A DNA stretch of 64,000 nt from Candidatus Dormibacteria bacterium (lineage in GTDB: Bacteria > Chloroflexota > Dormibacteria > Aeolococcales > Aeolococcaceae), in contig JBEKGP010000004.1 in assembly GCA_050012735.1 (NCBI GenBank), positions 8,918-72,917 of the forward strand, read 5' to 3'. Of the stretch, positions 35,368 to 43,575 are shown one piece after another. Position 1 is the stretch's first letter. Each line of letters opens with the position of its first letter. The position numbers and the translations under genes are program-made. The notes below the pieces were generated by a model. It was not told where the DNA came from. It did no database searches and worked only from the letters and a program-made list of their open reading frames with translations.

Positions 35368-35555
35368 CGGCACGGGGCCCACCTCTGCTGCGAATCGGCG
35401 TCCGGGACCCCGCATGCGGCGGAGCCGCGCCCGGAGGCACGCCTCAGCGCGCGCTGGGTGGCGGCCTCCTCCAGCGCCCGGTCCATGGCGACACGCCGGA
35501 GGGCGCGGAGGAGGGCGGCCCGCCTCAACACGCGGCCTTCGATTGCCCGCGTCAC
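35364..35555 (-). CDS. candidate small basic helical protein (63 aa), no family recognised
   Basis: GTG 35555 overlaps the cheA TGA (GTGA), and its own TGA overlaps the cheB GTG 35367 (GTGA). This is the same 4-nt coupling used at every other junction of the operon. By hand count 57 of 63 codons end in G/C. Sequence: VTRAIEGRVLRRAALLRALRRVAMDRALEEAATQRALRRASGRGSAACGVPDADSQQRWAPCR. Confidence 0.45.
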   Translation of the reverse strand: MTRAIEGRVLRRAALLRALRRVAMDRALEEAATQRALRRASGRGSAACGVPDADSQQRWAPCR

Positions 35556-37759
35556 CGATCCGCCCCCAACAGCCGCTCCACCGCGGAGAGCAGCGCCGAC
35601 TGGTCAAAGCCGCTCTTCACGATGTAGCCGTCGGCGCCGCATTCCAGCCCGCGTCGCCGGTCCTCGTCGCTTCCGCGGGAGGTGAGAATGATCACCGGCA
35701 GCGAGGCGAGCGCGGCTTGCTTGCGGATCGCCTCGGTGAGCTCGAAGCCGTCCATTCTCGGCATCTGCACATCGGTGAGGACGAGGTCAGGACGCTCATG
35801 GGAGATCTCGGCCAGGGCCTCCTCGCCGTTGACGGCCACCCGCACGCGATAGCCGGCGTTCTCGAAGATGGAGCGCTGCAGCTCGCGGACGGTGAGGGCG
35901 TCGTCGACGACCAGGATCGAGGCGGCGGGCTGCGGGACGGGCTCCTCGTGGCCCCCGCCGCTGGCGGCCTCCTGCGACCGGTCGCCGCCGTCCATGCGGC
36001 GGGCCCGCTCGATCAGCCCCGCGGCCTCAAGCACGAGGAGGATGCTGCCATCGGGCTGGACGCCGGCCCCGGCCACCGCGGGCAGCCGGGGAAGCAGCTC
36101 ACCGAGGCCCTTGACGACGACGTCGCGCTGGTCGACGAGCTCGTCGACCGTGAAGGCGTGGCTCCGGGTCAGGCCGGCCACGACCACCGCGGGACCGTGG
36201 CTGCCGTTGCCCGTGCCGAGCACCGCGGAGAGGCTGCTGATGGGCACCGGACGGCCGTCCAGCATGGTCATGGCCCGCCCGCCCACCATCGCCGAAGGCT
36301 GCGGCGGGAGCACCGCGCGGACCGAGTGGAGCGGGATGGCGAAGGCCTGCCCACCCGCCTTGATGACCAGGCAGCGGAGCGTCGTCATCGTGATGGGCAC
36401 GGCGATCCGGAACTCCGTGCCTATCCCGGGGTCGGATCGGACCTCGATGCGCCCGCGCACCGCGTTGAGACTGGCGCGAACGGCGTCGAGCCCGACGCCG
36501 CGGCCGGAGACGCCGGTGACCTTGGTGGCGGTGGTGAGGCCCGACCGGAAGATCAGGTAGAGGGCGGCCTCGTCGTCCATCTCGATGGCGCTGTGGTCGG
36601 TGCGACCGGCCGTCTCCCTGACCCGGGTGATGTCGATGCCCCGGCCGTCGTCGCTCACCGCGATGACCACCTCGGAACCGAGCTGCATGGCGTGGAGCCG
36701 GACCGTCCCCTCGGCCGGCTTGCCAATCCGGCGTCGCTCATCCGGGGCCTCGACGCCGTGGTCGACGGCGTTGCGGACCAGATGGAGGAGGGGATCGGCC
36801 AGGCGCTCCAGGACGCCACGGTCGATCTCGGCATCCTCTCCCCGGGTCTCGAAACGCACCTCTTTGCCGGTCTCCCGGGCCAGGTCGCGCACGGCCCTGC
36901 GGAGCCGAGGGGCGAGTGACATGACCGGGATCATCCGGGCGTGGAGGGCCAGCTCCTGCAGCTCGTTGAGGGAGCGGATGAGGTCGCGGTACTCGGTGAG
37001 GCTGGAGGGATCTCGCTCCAGGCGCTCCAGCAGGGCGCTTCCGAGGCGGAGGGTGGCGGCTGATGCCTCGCCGATCAGGCGGACCAGTTCGTCGATCCGG
37101 TGGACCGGGATCTGGAGCATCTCGGTCGCCGTGGCCCGGGCCGGCTCGGCGTGACCCGCGGCGCCGTCGGCAGCACCGTGCGCCTCCAAAGATCCGTCTG
37201 CGGGATGGTGTTCGGGGGCCGGTGCAGGGGGCGGCCCCGGCTCCGGAACCGCAGGGGAGGCCAGCGGGGGCACGGGCGGAGCCACCGGGGAGGGGGCCGG
37301 CGACGAGGGGGCCGGAACCGCCACGTCCGGCGCCGCCGCGGCCTTGTCGGCCACCACGGGAGGTCCCCCGACGGCGATGCGGAGCCGCTGCTCGGCATCG
37401 AATGCCGCCTCCTCGTGCTCCTGGCCGGCGACCGCAAGCGGGATCAGGGTGCGGATGGCGTCGACACCGGCGAGCACGGCGTCGATCAGGGCGGTGTCGA
37501 CCCCGCGCCGCTCCCGGCGCACCTCCTCGAGCAGGTCCTCGAGAGCGTGCGCCACCCGGGCGACATGGGGCATCCCGACTACCGCGGCGCCGCCCTTGAT
37601 GGTGTGGGCCTCGCGAAAGAGCGCGGCGACCACCTCGGGGGTGGCGCCGCCCTTCTCCAGCTCGAGCAGCTGGTCGACGAGGGCGTCGAGCCGGCCCTCC
37701 GCCTCCATCGCGAAGAGGCGCTGGAAGTCGTTCTCCGAGAGCGACTCCTGAGGGCTCAC
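35552..37759 (-). CDS. cheA: hybrid CheA histidine kinase with C-terminal receiver (WspE-like)
   Basis: Hpt motif FREAHTIKGGAAVVGM, a long Pro/Ala linker, HATPase (HLVRNAVDHG, VSDDGRGID, SGRGVGLD), a CheW-like domain, then a receiver (ILVVDDA, LVLTDVQMPRMDG, ILTS, YIVKS). Confidence 0.9.
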   Translation of the reverse strand: MSPQESLSENDFQRLFAMEAEGRLDALVDQLLELEKGGATPEVVAALFREAHTIKGGAAVVGMPHVARVAHALEDLLEEVRRERRGVDTALIDAVLAGVDAIRTLIPLAVAGQEHEEAAFDAEQRLRIAVGGPPVVADKAAAAPDVAVPAPSSPAPSPVAPPVPPLASPAVPEPGPPPAPAPEHHPADGSLEAHGAADGAAGHAEPARATATEMLQIPVHRIDELVRLIGEASAATLRLGSALLERLERDPSSLTEYRDLIRSLNELQELALHARMIPVMSLAPRLRRAVRDLARETGKEVRFETRGEDAEIDRGVLERLADPLLHLVRNAVDHGVEAPDERRRIGKPAEGTVRLHAMQLGSEVVIAVSDDGRGIDITRVRETAGRTDHSAIEMDDEAALYLIFRSGLTTATKVTGVSGRGVGLDAVRASLNAVRGRIEVRSDPGIGTEFRIAVPITMTTLRCLVIKAGGQAFAIPLHSVRAVLPPQPSAMVGGRAMTMLDGRPVPISSLSAVLGTGNGSHGPAVVVAGLTRSHAFTVDELVDQRDVVVKGLGELLPRLPAVAGAGVQPDGSILLVLEAAGLIERARRMDGGDRSQEAASGGGHEEPVPQPAASILVVDDALTVRELQRSIFENAGYRVRVAVNGEEALAEISHERPDLVLTDVQMPRMDGFELTEAIRKQAALASLPVIILTSRGSDEDRRRGLECGADGYIVKSGFDQSALLSAVERLLGADR

Positions 37760-38193
37760 TGCGCGATCCGCGCGGGGCTGAGCAGCACCGGGATGTCGAG
37801 TGCGACGGCCAGCCTGGCGTCAGCGACCAGGTAGGTCTCGGTGGTCCCCTCGATGTCGGAACGGCCCACCGATTCGTTGAGCCGGACGGTGAGGGGCATA
37901 TCCGTGGCGACCAGCCCGGCTGTCCCGTGGGGGGTCTCAACCAGCACTGCGTAGGGCTCCTCCGTCACCGGACGGAGGCCGAGCAGAAGGCCGGTGTCGA
38001 GGAGCGGGACGATGTCCCCGCGCAGATTGAACACGCCGCGCACCACCGCCGGCGAGGTCGGCAGCTGGGTCACACGTGGATCGACCACCACCTCGCGGAC
38101 GGTCTCCAGCGCGACGGCATACGTGTCGCTCCCCACAGGAATCAGCAGAGCGAGCTGTCCCGAAACGACGCGAGGCGTGGGCGCGCCGGCCAC
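37756..38193 (-). CDS. cheW: CheW-like coupling protein
   Basis: 145 aa with the CheW pattern (YAVALETVREVV......LP..P..VRGVFNLRGDIVPLLD). GTG start preceded by GGGGGGAGAGGGG. Confidence 0.85.
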   Translation of the reverse strand: MAGAPTPRVVSGQLALLIPVGSDTYAVALETVREVVVDPRVTQLPTSPAVVRGVFNLRGDIVPLLDTGLLLGLRPVTEEPYAVLVETPHGTAGLVATDMPLTVRLNESVGRSDIEGTTETYLVADARLAVALDIPVLLSPARIAQ

Positions 38194-38669
38194 CTCAGGC
38201 CCCTCTCCCCCCGGGTGGCGCGAGCCGCGGCTTGGGCGGATTATTCACTGGATTGTTTTCCCCGGGCGGCGCATCCCAGTCACCAAGTCCGGTGCTGGGC
38301 CGGGCCATTCGAACGGCCGGATCATTTCACGGGCGCTGTGAAAAGATGGACACGGCCTGACGAGAGTCCGTGACGGGGTTGACGGTGGGAGCCTACGACG
38401 GACGGAGCGAGCCGTCCCGAGGTGCGCCGAAGGTCCTCGCAAGCGCCGTGGAATCTGCAGTCACCATGCAGTCGTCCGGTCAATCAGGGGAGCTGCGTCG
38501 GGCCCCGTGGGGGAGGAGGTGCAGGCCCTGCCGGGGCTGGCTGACAACAGTCACCGAAAGCTTCGTTGACTGCAGTGCGCCGGCGCGCACGCAGGGGGAC
38601 GCCGGACCACCCTCCACCATTGGGGTACCGTTCGCGGCGTGCACCAACCCGCCCCCGGAACCCCCGCTG

Positions 38670-39944
38670 ATGATCGGCCTGGTCTTTGATCCCCGGCCCG
38701 CGCGGCTCGCCGTCGCGGGAGCTCTCAGCCGCCTCAACCCGCTCTGGGCCCTCTCCGCTCCCGGTCCCCTCGGGCTCCGCAGACTTCCCGACCCGGCGCC
38801 TCCTGGGCCCGACTGGGTTCCGCTCGAGCCGACCTTCGCCGGGGTGTGCGGCAGCGACGTGACGGAGGCCACGCTGCAGGCCGACTGGGACAACCCGCTC
38901 TCCGGGCTGGTCTCCTTCCCCCACGTCATGGGCCACGAGATCGTGTCCCGGGTCACCGACCCCGCCGGCACCGACCTCTCGGTCGGGGAGACCGTGGTCG
39001 TCAACCCGTGGCTGGGCTGCGCGGCGCGCGGGCTGCCGTCGTGCCCCGCCTGTGCAGAGGGAATGCTGCCCCTCTGCGCTCACCAGGGAGAGCCTTTACC
39101 GGGGGTCTCGGGAAGCGGCATCCACACCGGGAACATCCGCGGCCTCCCCGGGGGGATGGGCACTCGGATGCACGCCCACCGCTCCCAGCTGCGCCGGCTT
39201 CCCGATGGCCTGGAGCCCCGGGCGGGGGTCCTCGCCGACCCGCTGGCGGTCGGCGCACACGCCGCCGAGCGGGTGATCGGCGGTGGGCGCCTCGCCGGTC
39301 CCGGCATGGGAGGGGGGCGAGCGGCGAAGTCCGACCTCATCGTGGTGCTCGGCGCCGGCACCATCGGCCTGGCGGTCGCCGCCTCCCTGCGCCGCCTGGG
39401 AGCAGAACGGGTGGTGATCAGCGCGGCCTGGCCATACCAGCGGGCGCTCGTGGAAGGGCTCGGAGCCGAGACCATCTCCCACCGCCCGCTGGCCGTGGTC
39501 GAGCACGTCGCGGAGGCTGCCGAGGGCAGGCTGAGCCGGCCCTGGCGTGGCCTCCCCTGGCTCATCGCCGGGGGCGCCGCCGCGGTGGTCGACGCGGTGG
39601 GGAGCACCGCCACCGCGGAGCTCTCCCTGGCGATCGTCCGCCCCGGAGGCTTGGTGGTGCGGGTCGGAGTGGGCCGCGCCGGGCGCACCCAGGCGACCCT
39701 CACCTACTTCAAGGAGGTGACCGTGGTGGGGTCCAATGGATACCGCCGCGACGACCTCGGCGTGGCCCTCGCCATGCTCGCGGGCGGCGATGTCCCCTGG
39801 CGGGACTGGCTCACCCACCGCTTCCCCCTCGCCGGGTGGCGCGAGGCGTTCCGCATCGCCGCACGACCCCAGGACCACGCGGCGGTCAAGGTCACCATTG
39901 CCATCGACGAGAAACGCGGAGAGCGTAGGCTGCGGACGGCCTGA
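38670..39944 (+). CDS. zinc-binding alcohol dehydrogenase family protein (MDR superfamily)
   Basis: GVCGSD, GHE, the structural-zinc Cys cluster CAARGLPSCPACAEGMLPLC, and the nucleotide motif VVLGAGTIGLA. The start is placed at MIGLVF (ATG 38670). The 300 nt in-frame upstream do not look like coding sequence. Confidence 0.8.
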   Translation: MIGLVFDPRPARLAVAGALSRLNPLWALSAPGPLGLRRLPDPAPPGPDWVPLEPTFAGVCGSDVTEATLQADWDNPLSGLVSFPHVMGHEIVSRVTDPAGTDLSVGETVVVNPWLGCAARGLPSCPACAEGMLPLCAHQGEPLPGVSGSGIHTGNIRGLPGGMGTRMHAHRSQLRRLPDGLEPRAGVLADPLAVGAHAAERVIGGGRLAGPGMGGGRAAKSDLIVVLGAGTIGLAVAASLRRLGAERVVISAAWPYQRALVEGLGAETISHRPLAVVEHVAEAAEGRLSRPWRGLPWLIAGGAAAVVDAVGSTATAELSLAIVRPGGLVVRVGVGRAGRTQATLTYFKEVTVVGSNGYRRDDLGVALAMLAGGDVPWRDWLTHRFPLAGWREAFRIAARPQDHAAVKVTIAIDEKRGERRLRTA

Positions 39945-40012
39945 GGGCGCGGGCTCAGCCGATGCTGCGGGCAGGGGCTCACGGCAGCCGATCCGAAACC
40001 TGGGAGACGGTC

Positions 40013-40879
40013 ATGCAGGAGTGGAATGGGGTCGCCGGCAAGCGGGTGATCATCACCGGGGCGACGGGCGGGATCGGGCTGGCGGCGGCGCGGGAGCTGG
40101 CCCACCGGGGCGCGCGGCTCTCGATCGTCGCCCGCAGCGAATCCAGGGCGGCCGCCGCCGTCGAGCAGATCAGGGCCGCGGGGGGGCCCCGCACGGACGT
40201 CGAGGTTCTCTTCGCCGACCTCAGCTCGCAGGCGTCAGTCCGCAAGCTCGCCGCCGAGATCTTGGCCAAGCACCCCGCGATCGACGTGCTGGCCAACAAC
40301 GCCGGAGCGGTCAACAGCTCGCGACGCCTCACCGAGGACGGCTTTGAGCTGACCTGGGCCGTGAACCACCTCGCCCCCTTCCTGCTCACCACCCTTCTCC
40401 TCGAGCGGATCACGGCCAGCGCGCCCGCTCGGATCATCACCACCAGCTCGAGCGCTCATCACGGCGCGCACATCCCCTTTGACGGCATCAGGGCCGACAA
40501 GGGGTACTGGACGAGCGGTTTCTCCCGCTACGGCCAGACCAAGCTGGCCAACATCCTCTTCACCACCGAGCTGGCACGGCGGCTGGAGGGTACCGGTGTC
40601 ACCGCCAACAGCTTCCATCCGGGTTTCGTGGCGAGCGGCTTCAACCGCAACAACGGTGGCCTGATGGCCTTTGGCATGACGCTGGCACGCCCCTTTGCCC
40701 GCAGCACGACCAAGGGCGCGGACACGTTGGTGTGGCTCGCCGACTCGGCGGCCGTGTCCTCCGAGAGCGGTGGGTACTTCGCCAACCGCAAGCGCAAGCA
40801 GCCGAGCTCCGCGGCGCGGGACGCCGCGGCCGCCCGCCGTCTCTGGGAGCTGAGCGAGGAGGAGACGCACAGCGCGTAA
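40013..40879 (+). CDS. short-chain dehydrogenase/reductase (SDR)
   Basis: VIITGATGGIGLAAA (TGxxxGxG), NNAG, and the catalytic YGQTK. ATG 40013 has GGGAG 6 nt upstream. Confidence 0.85.
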   Translation: MQEWNGVAGKRVIITGATGGIGLAAARELAHRGARLSIVARSESRAAAAVEQIRAAGGPRTDVEVLFADLSSQASVRKLAAEILAKHPAIDVLANNAGAVNSSRRLTEDGFELTWAVNHLAPFLLTTLLLERITASAPARIITTSSSAHHGAHIPFDGIRADKGYWTSGFSRYGQTKLANILFTTELARRLEGTGVTANSFHPGFVASGFNRNNGGLMAFGMTLARPFARSTTKGADTLVWLADSAAVSSESGGYFANRKRKQPSSAARDAAAARRLWELSEEETHSA

Positions 40880-40948
40880 CGCTGCAGACGGGCCTGGTGG
40901 CGGACATCCCGGCGCAGGGGTGAGACCAGGCGCAGACGCCCACCGCGG

Positions 40949-41887
40949 ATGGCCGCTAGGATGGCGGCCGTGAGCCGGAAGGCGCTCGTCCTCTTCGCTG
41001 TCATGTGCGTGGTGTGGGGCATCCCCTACCTGCTCATCAAGGTCGCCGTCTCCGGGATCTCGCCGGCCAGTCTCGTCTTTCTCCGCACCGGCATCGGGGC
41101 GCTCCTGCTCGTCCCGGTCGCGATCGCCCGCCGGGAGGTGCGGCCGATCCTGCCCGCCTGGAGATGGCTCATCGCCTACACGGTGGCGGAGCTGGCGATA
41201 CCGTGGTTTCTCCTGTCCAGCGCCGAGACGAGGCTCTCCAGCTCTCTCTCCGGCCTGCTCGTCGCTGCCGTTCCCCTGTTCGGGGCGCTGCTCGCCTGGG
41301 TCACCCGCAGCGAGCACCAGCTGGACGGTCGCCGCCTGGCCGGTCTCGGGGTCGGCTTCGCCGGGGTGGCCGTCCTGCTCGGCTTCGACATCTCCAGCCA
41401 TGACCTGCTCGCGGCCGGCGAGATCGGGGTGTGCGCGGTGGGCTATGCCGTCGGCCCGATGATCATCTCGCGCAAGCTGTCGCACCTACCGTCCGTCGGC
41501 GTGGTGGCGGCATCGCTTGCCTTCGCGGCGCTGGTGTACGCGCCGATTGGGATCATCCAGCTGGGGGACAGCCATCCGACGGCACGCGTCCTCGCCTCCG
41601 CGGTGACGCTCGGGGTCGTCTGCACCGCGGTCGCATTCGTCCTTTTCTTCGCCCTGATCGCCGAGATCGGACCAGTCCGGGCCACCGTGATCACCTACCT
41701 CAACCCGGCGGTGGCGCTGGTTCTGGGGGTGACCATCCTGGGTGAGCCCCTCCGGATCGGGGCCGTTCTCGGATTCGCGCTGATCCTGGCCGGGTCCTAC
41801 CTGGCCACCAGGCGGCAGCCGGCGGCCGGGGCGTCGGTGCCGGAGGCGCGCGAACCGGTGGCCGTGGAGGCGGGCCCGCTGAACTGA
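40949..41887 (+). CDS. EamA/DMT family transporter
   Basis: Ten hydrophobic segments in two halves. The N-terminus FAVMCVVWGIPYLLIK is typical of EamA repeats. Confidence 0.8.
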   Translation: MAARMAAVSRKALVLFAVMCVVWGIPYLLIKVAVSGISPASLVFLRTGIGALLLVPVAIARREVRPILPAWRWLIAYTVAELAIPWFLLSSAETRLSSSLSGLLVAAVPLFGALLAWVTRSEHQLDGRRLAGLGVGFAGVAVLLGFDISSHDLLAAGEIGVCAVGYAVGPMIISRKLSHLPSVGVVAASLAFAALVYAPIGIIQLGDSHPTARVLASAVTLGVVCTAVAFVLFFALIAEIGPVRATVITYLNPAVALVLGVTILGEPLRIGAVLGFALILAGSYLATRRQPAAGASVPEAREPVAVEAGPLN

Positions 41888-42004
41888 GCCGGTGTGGCAG
41901 GGTGACCACCGGGTTCACGCACCCTTGCGGGTGATGCCTCTCCCGGGCATGGAGAGGCCGCAACGGTGTCGTTCTCCACACCCTGGGCTGCCAGATCGCT
42001 GCCT

Positions 42005-43399
42005 ATGATCCCTGCTGCCATGCCCCGACGGATCGTGCTCAGCTGCCTTCTCGCCGTCTGCGTGGGATTCGCGGCATACGCCTTGGTGCACTTCTTCCCG
42101 CCCGCACCCTACGGCCTTGCCGACGACTGGCGCGTCTTCTATGCGGCGGCTCAGGTCATTGCCCACGGGGGCAGCCCGTACAGCCCCACGACCATGCACG
42201 TGGCCGAGCAGATGGCCGACCACTACTCCGCGGTGCAGCCCTCGCTCGACTATTTCGCCGATCTGCCCATCGTCGGACTGTTGCTTCGGGCCTTCAGCTG
42301 GCTGCCGTACTGGTGGAGCTACGCCGTCTTCACGGCGCTGGGGCTGCTGGTGGCGGCGTCCAGCCTGCGCCTCTGGATCAGCGAGCTCGGTTGGCGCCGG
42401 AGTGGTCTGTGGGTGCTGGGAGCCCTCTGCTCATGGCCGCTGCTGGTGGGCGTGCTCTCCGGGCAGTTCGACCTCCTCCTCCTGGGGGCGACCATCGCCG
42501 CGCTGGTGCTGATGCGGCGCGACCGTCCCTGGCTCGCCGGCCTCTGCATGGCGGCGGTGCTGCTCAAGCCGCACATCCTCTGGCCGCTGCCGATTCTGCT
42601 GGGCGTGGCCTGGGTTGACGACGTTCCGCGGGTCCAGCGCTTCGCCGTGTCCGCCGGGTGTGTCCTGGCGGCGGGAACAGTTGCCGGGTTCGTCTGCGTG
42701 TCTCACTCAGGGTCGTTCTTCACCCACCTCCTCAACTTCCAGAGCATGGTGACCTCGACGCAGCCTGACCTCGCCGGCATCCCCGGGCTGGTCGCTCCCC
42801 TGCCGCAGGGCGCGTTGCTGGGCGACGGCATCGCCGCGGTGGGCGTCGTCGGGGTCCTCGCGCTGGCGGTCGCCGCCCTGCGCCATCCCGCGCTCCGCTC
42901 CCTGGCGGCCGACCGGCGCTACCTGATTCCGTTGGTCGGCCTGGCGTTCTGGTTGGCGTGCACTCCGTATGCGCATCCCAACGACGACGTCGTGCTCCTC
43001 CCCCTCCTGGCCGCCGCGGTGGGCGAGAGGGGTCGCCGTCTCGACCCGAAGTGGCTCGCGGTGGGAGTGATCGGGTCGCTCGCGCTCATAGCCTGCTTCG
43101 TGGAGGCACCGGTCCTGGGGATCGCGCTGCTGGCGCTGGGGATCGCCGGGTGGGCCTGGTGGGGGCGACGGATCTCGGGGCAAGCCGCGGCTTCGTTCGC
43201 GATGGCAGCCGTGGTCCTGCTTCCCGACATCTGGCCGCTGCACGTGGTCCCGGTGTCACTGACTCCGATCGCGGCGACCCTGGTGTTCATCGCCGGAGCC
43301 ATCGAGCTGCGCAGGGTCCTGAGTGTGCAAGGTGGCGCCGGAGCTTCACCCCCGCCCTGGCCACCGCCGCCAATGGCTCGGCCTCTGGCCGGCAGCTGA
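42005..43399 (+). CDS. GT87/DUF2029-like polytopic membrane glycosyltransferase
   Basis: Polytopic protein with an early DDWRVFYAAAQ..HGGSPY loop and the LLKPHILWPLPILL motif characteristic of DUF2029 mannosyltransferase-like proteins. The start is uncertain (41966, 42005 or 42020). Confidence 0.7.
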   Translation: MIPAAMPRRIVLSCLLAVCVGFAAYALVHFFPPAPYGLADDWRVFYAAAQVIAHGGSPYSPTTMHVAEQMADHYSAVQPSLDYFADLPIVGLLLRAFSWLPYWWSYAVFTALGLLVAASSLRLWISELGWRRSGLWVLGALCSWPLLVGVLSGQFDLLLLGATIAALVLMRRDRPWLAGLCMAAVLLKPHILWPLPILLGVAWVDDVPRVQRFAVSAGCVLAAGTVAGFVCVSHSGSFFTHLLNFQSMVTSTQPDLAGIPGLVAPLPQGALLGDGIAAVGVVGVLALAVAALRHPALRSLAADRRYLIPLVGLAFWLACTPYAHPNDDVVLLPLLAAAVGERGRRLDPKWLAVGVIGSLALIACFVEAPVLGIALLALGIAGWAWWGRRISGQAAASFAMAAVVLLPDIWPLHVVPVSLTPIAATLVFIAGAIELRRVLSVQGGAGASPPPWPPPPMARPLAGS

Positions 43400-43486
43400 G
43401 AGGGAGACCCGGCGGGTGGCCGCGGGGCGGTGGCGCGCCCCGAGCGCGGGTGCCGCTTGCCACCGCGCCGCCCCGGACAGGTGGTG

Positions 43487-43570
43487 CTACGCTCTGCAGC
43501 GTCCCGGGGTGCCCGATTGGCTGAGATCACACCCGAGAACCTGATCTGGGTAATGCCAGCGTAGGGAGGG
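43487..43570 (+). promoter_or_regulatory. TPP (THI-box) riboswitch
   Basis: CGGGGTGCCCGATTGGCTGAGATCACACCCGAGAACCTGATCTGGGTAATGCCAGCGTAGGGA contains the conserved CTGAGA and ACCTGATCTGG.TAATGCCAGCG cores. The P1 stem is CTACGC (43487-43492) with GCGTAG (43559-43564). The SD GGGAGGG abuts the P1 3' strand, and thiD ATG is at 43576. Confidence 0.9.
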
Positions 43571-43575
43571 CCGCA

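Noticed and set aside
35368-35607. cheB starting at 35607 or at ATG 35415.
   Set aside because: A start at 35607 would overlap cheA by 55 nt with Arg-rich junk. The stretch after ATG 35415 has poor third-position G/C bias, while the alternative frame (the 63-codon ORF) has strong bias. GTG 35367 reproduces canonical CheB length and the operon-wide 4-nt coupling.
38370-38669. A c-di-GMP (GEMM-I-like) riboswitch suggested by CACGCAGGGGGACGCCGGACC near the chemosensory/GGDEF operon.
   Set aside because: It resembles only a few nucleotides of the GEMM-I core. No tetraloop/receptor pair or second helix could be drawn. It would also sit on the dehydrogenase side rather than in a leader of a c-di-GMP-related gene.
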